Assembly: GCA_011109175.1 (NCBI GenBank)
Contig: RDEW01000002.1
Coordinates: 686,676-750,675, forward strand
DNA from: Dicyema japonicum
Lineage: Eukaryota; Animalia; Dicyemida
Direction of reading: 5' to 3'
DNA: 64,000 nucleotides
Under the pieces are notes generated by a model. The model was not told the DNA's origin. It ran no database searches and saw only the letters and a list, made by a program, of their open reading frames with translations. Positions 62,301 to 64,000 of the stretch are shown one piece after another. A program made the translations under genes and the position numbers. The first letter of the stretch is position 1. Every line of letters begins with the position of its first letter.

Positions 62301-64000
62301 AAACAAAGACCACTTGAAATTTTTTTAATGTGCATCTTTCAAAAAAGTATCAAAAAGGAGATTAGAAGCGCTAGCCGAAAAGCATCATTGCCTCGAAAAA
62401 AATTAGAGGGACAAGAAAAACTAATAACTGCCCTGGAAAATATTGTCAAATCAGGCGTAAAATGAAAAACCTTAGAAGATGGAAATACGACGAAATTGAA
62501 ATAGTGATGAAATTTTACTACGCCACGACGGGGATACAAACTTAGATAACAAAAAATACCTCTTATACGACAAAATTTCATCAAAAATATAAAGTAACGA
62601 ATACCGAAGAGAAGTTATCACAATTATAGATGATGAAGATAAAGAAATTAACACCATACATATATAGGCCGGGTCAAAAAGTTATGATAATTTTTAATTT
62701 TTTGATTTGTGTTTTTTGAAAAAAATGTATCAAGCATACCTCATCATATATCTATTTTAAGTAAGCCAGTCAACTACTAAAATTTCTAATAAGAAAAATA
62801 CTAAATGGTAAATTAATTTATAAAGGAAAGGGAGTTAGCACGGAAACGGCGATCCCGAGCCTATGCATAAGCCGGATACTAAATTAAAAATTTTTAAATA
62901 ACATTTTTTAATAAATTTTAATGCTTAAAATTATTTGGTCAACTATTTTTCGTAAATTTTTAAATAAAATGAAAAAAACGCTACATTCAATCAAAGATTT
63001 TTATGGGATGTTAGTTTGCAGGAAATCACGATTTCCAAAATAATAAAAAAATTAATAATTTCAGATATTTAATGAAGAAATAAGTTCAGAAAGTAATTTT
63101 TATTAAGAATTATTAATATTTTTAAAACATCGCAGCTCTGGACTGTGACAATAGTGATGTACGTACAATAATAATCTACGTGCCATTCTCATTTATTACA
63201 TGGTATGAATCTACGTATAAACCAAGAATTAGATTGTTAAATATTGTACCTATCATTGTTAAAACCGAACCCGTCTTAATTCGTTTAAGGAAATTGAATT
63301 TTCTCCAGGATGTGATTATAACTATTATCCTTATTGGTATGGAAAGTGACGCTAATGTTCGGGAAACACTATAATTTATGTAGAAGGGGATGCTGCTTTG
63401 AAAAAATATTATTTCAATAATTTAGAACAAATTGCTAACGAATTTGAGTCTAATGGAAATTTAGTTTGTAATGTAAACATTTCGTCAACAATAAAATCAC
63501 GTGAAGTAATACTAAACTATGCCAAATATAATTGATCTTCTTCAAAAGTCGTAATTGTGCGAATACTCAATTAATCACGCATATATGTAAAAAATTTTAT
63601 TAATATTAAAAGTCCAATAAATGGAATCTTTTCGTTTTATTTTAAAAATTTCCATTTTTTATAGAATTTTTACATTTATTTATAAGAAACCCTGTAATAA
63701 ATAGAGTAGAATTGCGTAATTTATATCTGTTTTGTGAAATAAATGATACTAGCAGATTGATAGAATTTTAACTGTAATTTGATAAAATCCTTGATTTTTA
63801 GAAAATGCAAAAGAAAAATCACATAATTTGAACAAAGAAATTTGTGTATGATTAATCTGACTATGGCATAAATTCTTCGATGAATGTTAAATTCAGTTTT
63901 TAATAAATTCATGACTTTAGTTTGTTTATTGATGTTTTTAGTTGAATATGTTGTAAAACAGGTCAGCAATAATGCTTAATATAGTTTTTAATAAATCCAT

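Noticed and set aside
1-64000. CRISPR arrays, rRNA, snRNA, spliced-leader genes or prokaryotic operons
   Set aside because: No regularly spaced repeat-spacer pattern or recognisable RNA gene; gene structure is spliceosomal and eukaryotic.

Overview
AT-rich eukaryotic scaffold segment, mostly a graveyard of decayed transposons with a few host genes between them. It has one 758-nt N gap and four single-N joins. Host genes: EHD-family ATPase (14850-~16650, middle in the gap); Pins/LGN (GPSM)-like TPR+GoLoco gene (minus strand, 36380-34898); unnamed coiled-coil gene (43952-44726); PP2A B56 subunit (55575-56817). The last three are split by 20-28 nt GT-AG micro-introns, so the ORF track misses or garbles them. 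There are also pseudogene-like remnants of EHD, an Ig-domain gene and a striatin-like WD40 gene. The GPSM and Ig genes, extreme protein divergence and micro-introns suggest a reduced, probably parasitic animal (inference). Mobile elements: APE-type LINEs (two with an N-terminal 2A/StopGo motif, one with a gag-like ORF1), RTE, CRE-like and R4-like fragments, Tc1/IS630, pogo, hAT and rve-integrase remnants, and four SINE-like families (A-D, my labels). Best candidate for a new system: families A and B are otherwise unlike each other but share a ~60-nt core whose pairings follow the HDV-like ribozyme order P1-P2-P3-P1-P4-P2. Family A also shares its 3' stem-loop/(TAAA)n tail with a resident LINE. 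Ribozyme activity is a hypothesis. All alignments, folds and splice models were done by eye, with no database search; TE boundaries are approximate.
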